Positions 49,057 through 51,381 of a stretch of 51,381 nucleotides of DNA are shown piece by piece. The stretch is from Candidatus Omnitrophota bacterium. Lineage in GTDB: Bacteria > Omnitrophota > Gorgyraeia > JABMSB01. Position numbers and translations under genes: made by a program. Position 1 is the stretch's first letter. Each line of letters begins with the position of its first letter. The notes under the pieces were generated by a model. That model ran no database searches. It saw nothing but the letters and a program-made list of their open reading frames with translations, and had not been told where the DNA came from. The stretch covers positions 67,290 to 118,670 of the forward strand of contig JABMSB010000053.1 in assembly GCA_013202205.1 (NCBI GenBank), in the 5' to 3' direction.

Positions 49057-50622
49057 ATGCTGAAGAATAGAACGATAATTATATTATCCCTTATCTTTTT
49101 GTTGGCTTTCACCTTGAGGGTTGCATATGTCACTCAAGTGAAGGCCCACCCCTTATCGGAGGATGTCTTCGAATCCGATGCATTCGATCAATATCGATTT
49201 GATACCCTGGCAAAAGAGATATCCTCGGGCGCGTGGGGCGGGACCGACAGGCCATTTCAGTATGAACCGCTCTACTCATATTTTCTGGCCATCTCCTACA
49301 AACTATTTGGTTATAATCACTTTACACCGCGTATAATACAGGCGTTTATCGGATCCATCCTTATTTTCTTGATGTATCTATTGACCAAGGAGATCTTTGG
49401 CAGGGGTGCTGGGTTTGTGGCAGCATTTATCACGGCATTCTACGGCATATTTGTCTTCTATAATGGGGTTTTATTGAGGGCTTCGCTCCTCGTCTTCCTG
49501 AATGTTCTAGTGGTTTTTCTTCTGCTTTTAGCCAGACGAAAGAGGAAACCGTTTCTTTGGTTTTTGGCCGGATCAGTCCTAGGGCTCTCCATCCTTACCA
49601 GAACGAATATGTTGCTTCCATTTGTGCTTTTTTGGATCCTCTTCGCCATAAAAGAAGTTTCGTTTAAAAAGAGGGTTACATTTGTTCTCTTCTTCCTTCT
49701 TGGTTCATTCATTGTGATTCTACCGGCCTCATATCATAACTACAAGACATCCGGAAAATTTATGCCCGTATCGACTGATTATACCGCTTTTTGGGTCGGC
49801 AATGTCCATGATGGCATAGGGGTCGATTTGATCTATACGGATATTTATCACAAAATGGTCGAGGCATCCGGGAATAATACGGCACGAATGGTCAAATTAT
49901 TTATCGAAGAGATAAAAGAATATCCGGCCGAGATGCAGCAATTATACCTGCGCAAACTTCGTATGTTCTTTAATGGGTACGAGGTCCCGGCCAATTTGAA
50001 CTATTATCTTTTTAAGGAATGGCCTAGTATACTGCAGCGGCCATTTTTTAATTTTACCTTTATATCACCGTTGGCGATATTGGGTATCTTCTTATCGCTT
50101 AAGACCAAAAGAGAGACATTATTATATATCTTCTTTTTTGTGCTTTCAGGGTCGGTTATACTCTTTCATATCCAGGCGAGATATAGATTGCCGGTCGTCC
50201 CATTCTTTATCATCTTTGCAAGCTATGCAGTCGTTTGGCTTATTAGGCAGTTGAGATGTAGAAAGTGGGGGTATATTTTTATGTCTACTGTAGTACTTGT
50301 GAGTTTATATTCTTTTGTAAAACCAGACCCGACTTATGGTCTTTCATATAAAGCGAATGATCTCATTCGGGATACGGATTATTCTATGGCAGCCCATAGT
50401 TATTTTAATAAAGAAGATTACGATATGGCCATATACTATTTTGAAAGGGGTTTAAGAATCAAGCCAAACTGGGTAGTTGGACATAGCAATCTTGGCATCG
50501 CCTATGGTAAATTAGGCTATTATAATCAGGCTCGACGTGAATGGGAGGCCGCCCTGCACATCGATCCGAATTGTGAAAGCGCACAAAACAATCTTGATGC
50601 ATTGGATGCGGCTGGGATATAA
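49057..50622 (+). CDS. ArnT/PMT-like (GT-C) membrane glycosyltransferase with C-terminal TPRs
   Basis: D...F..LA, PLYSYFLA, RIIQA, LTRTN and ARYRLPVVP motifs; many TM helices; two TPRs at the end. Confidence 0.75.
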   Translation: MLKNRTIIILSLIFLLAFTLRVAYVTQVKAHPLSEDVFESDAFDQYRFDTLAKEISSGAWGGTDRPFQYEPLYSYFLAISYKLFGYNHFTPRIIQAFIGSILIFLMYLLTKEIFGRGAGFVAAFITAFYGIFVFYNGVLLRASLLVFLNVLVVFLLLLARRKRKPFLWFLAGSVLGLSILTRTNMLLPFVLFWILFAIKEVSFKKRVTFVLFFLLGSFIVILPASYHNYKTSGKFMPVSTDYTAFWVGNVHDGIGVDLIYTDIYHKMVEASGNNTARMVKLFIEEIKEYPAEMQQLYLRKLRMFFNGYEVPANLNYYLFKEWPSILQRPFFNFTFISPLAILGIFLSLKTKRETLLYIFFFVLSGSVILFHIQARYRLPVVPFFIIFASYAVVWLIRQLRCRKWGYIFMSTVVLVSLYSFVKPDPTYGLSYKANDLIRDTDYSMAAHSYFNKEDYDMAIYYFERGLRIKPNWVVGHSNLGIAYGKLGYYNQARREWEAALHIDPNCESAQNNLDALDAAGI

Positions 50623-50665
50623 TAGGAGTAAATAATATAGTTTGTCGAAAAATAAGGAGGGAGAC

Positions 50666-51250
50666 ATGGAAAATGTAACTGCTGTCGGAGGTAAATTGGA
50701 CATAGGGAGATGCATAAACGATGCGATAGATCTTTTTAAGCGTAACGTTTTAATACTCGCACTGGCAACATTCCTCTTTCAGGTCATATCGATCTTTACA
50801 ATCGGTATTTTGGCGGGGGTCTTAATGGGTGGGTATTATTGGATGCTGCTGAATGCCTTACGTAAAGAGGATAAGAAGGTTGAGCTGGGGGATATGTTCG
50901 GGCTCTTTAGTAAGTTCTTACCTCTTTTGGGCCTATTCATGCTCCAGACAGTTCTGACACTTACCGGGTTCGTTCTATTAATCATACCGGGTATAATTGT
51001 GGCCACGATGTGGTTATATGCTACCTTCTTTATGGTCGACAAGAATACCGGCGTAATAGAGTCTCTTAAGACGAGCTGGAATCTGGTGCGGCAGAAAGGT
51101 TTTGGGATGAACATCTTGCTTTTGGTTATTTACGTTGCCCTTGCTTCCGGAGGAGGAATGGTTCCATATGTAGGATGGATAATAGGCCTCTTCTTATTGC
51201 CATTGGCTAGCTTGATGCTTGCATCCGCCTACATCCAACAAACCACCTAA
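50666..51250 (+). CDS. Hypothetical integral membrane protein (DUF975/GDPD-membrane-domain-like)
   Basis: Multiple TM helices; LLIIPGII and ESLKTSWNLV motifs; AAGGAGG RBS before ATG at 50666. Confidence 0.65.
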   Translation: MENVTAVGGKLDIGRCINDAIDLFKRNVLILALATFLFQVISIFTIGILAGVLMGGYYWMLLNALRKEDKKVELGDMFGLFSKFLPLLGLFMLQTVLTLTGFVLLIIPGIIVATMWLYATFFMVDKNTGVIESLKTSWNLVRQKGFGMNILLLVIYVALASGGGMVPYVGWIIGLFLLPLASLMLASAYIQQTT

Positions 51251-51287
51251 GCAGACAAGACGTTTCTCAACTCAATCGGAGATCTGC

Positions 51288-51381
51288 TGTACTAGCTCAA
51301 TAATTCGGTAACTTTTTGAAGCTTGTCAAATGGGGTTATATAGTTCAATCCCCCATGCCGGCGTAAGTGGTTATATTCGAA
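51288..51381 (-). mobile_element. End of an IS481-like insertion sequence (truncated by the window edge)
   Basis: The minus strand at 51381-51292 encodes FEYNHLRRHGGLNYITPFDKLQKVTELLS*, containing the YN..R.H..L...TP integrase-core C-terminal motif. The stop is followed by TACA, giving a 5'-TGT terminus at 51288. Confidence 0.7.

Noticed and set aside
49057-51250. Apparent AT-rich shift suggesting horizontal transfer
   Set aside because: Judged by eye only, and confounded by the T-rich codons of membrane proteins. It needs a computed GC3 or tetranucleotide profile.

Overview
A gene-dense bacterial chromosomal region, mostly on the + strand, from an LPS-producing diderm. The gene order and fusions are reminiscent of PVC-superphylum/Omnitrophota-type genomes, but this is an impression and was not verified. 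Blocks, in order: (1) housekeeping genes (partial CPBP protease, DUF362-ferredoxin, mtnA, thiL, tsaE, tsaB, alr); (2) a type IV pilus locus: a small MerR-like HTH gene, a PilM-PilN fusion, PilO, PilP-like, secretin, PilB, PilC, two Cys-free pilins separated by a ~425-nt highly structured spacer, a stand-alone MshEN-type protein, PilT and PilZ; (3) ilvD-ilvB-ilvN-ilvC-leuA-aroE-pilD-aroC-aroK-dprA-topA-xerC; (4) a lipid A/LPS core cluster with several fusions (LpxL-ELM1, GT4-GT9, GT9-GT9); (5) TPR-bearing envelope proteins (zinc peptidase, TMTC-like and ArnT/PMT-like GT-C enzymes); (6) the end of an IS481-like element at the right edge, which the ORF track misses. The most interesting signals are in pilus regulation: 10-bp-phased direct repeats over the promoter of a BldC/Xis-like mini-MerR gene, a candidate structured RNA or switch between the two pilins, and an MshEN-type gene separated from pilT by one in-frame TGA. 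The ORF track lists 44604..45998 as +, but it is on the - strand. All calls are from reading motifs by eye; no searches or folding programs were run.
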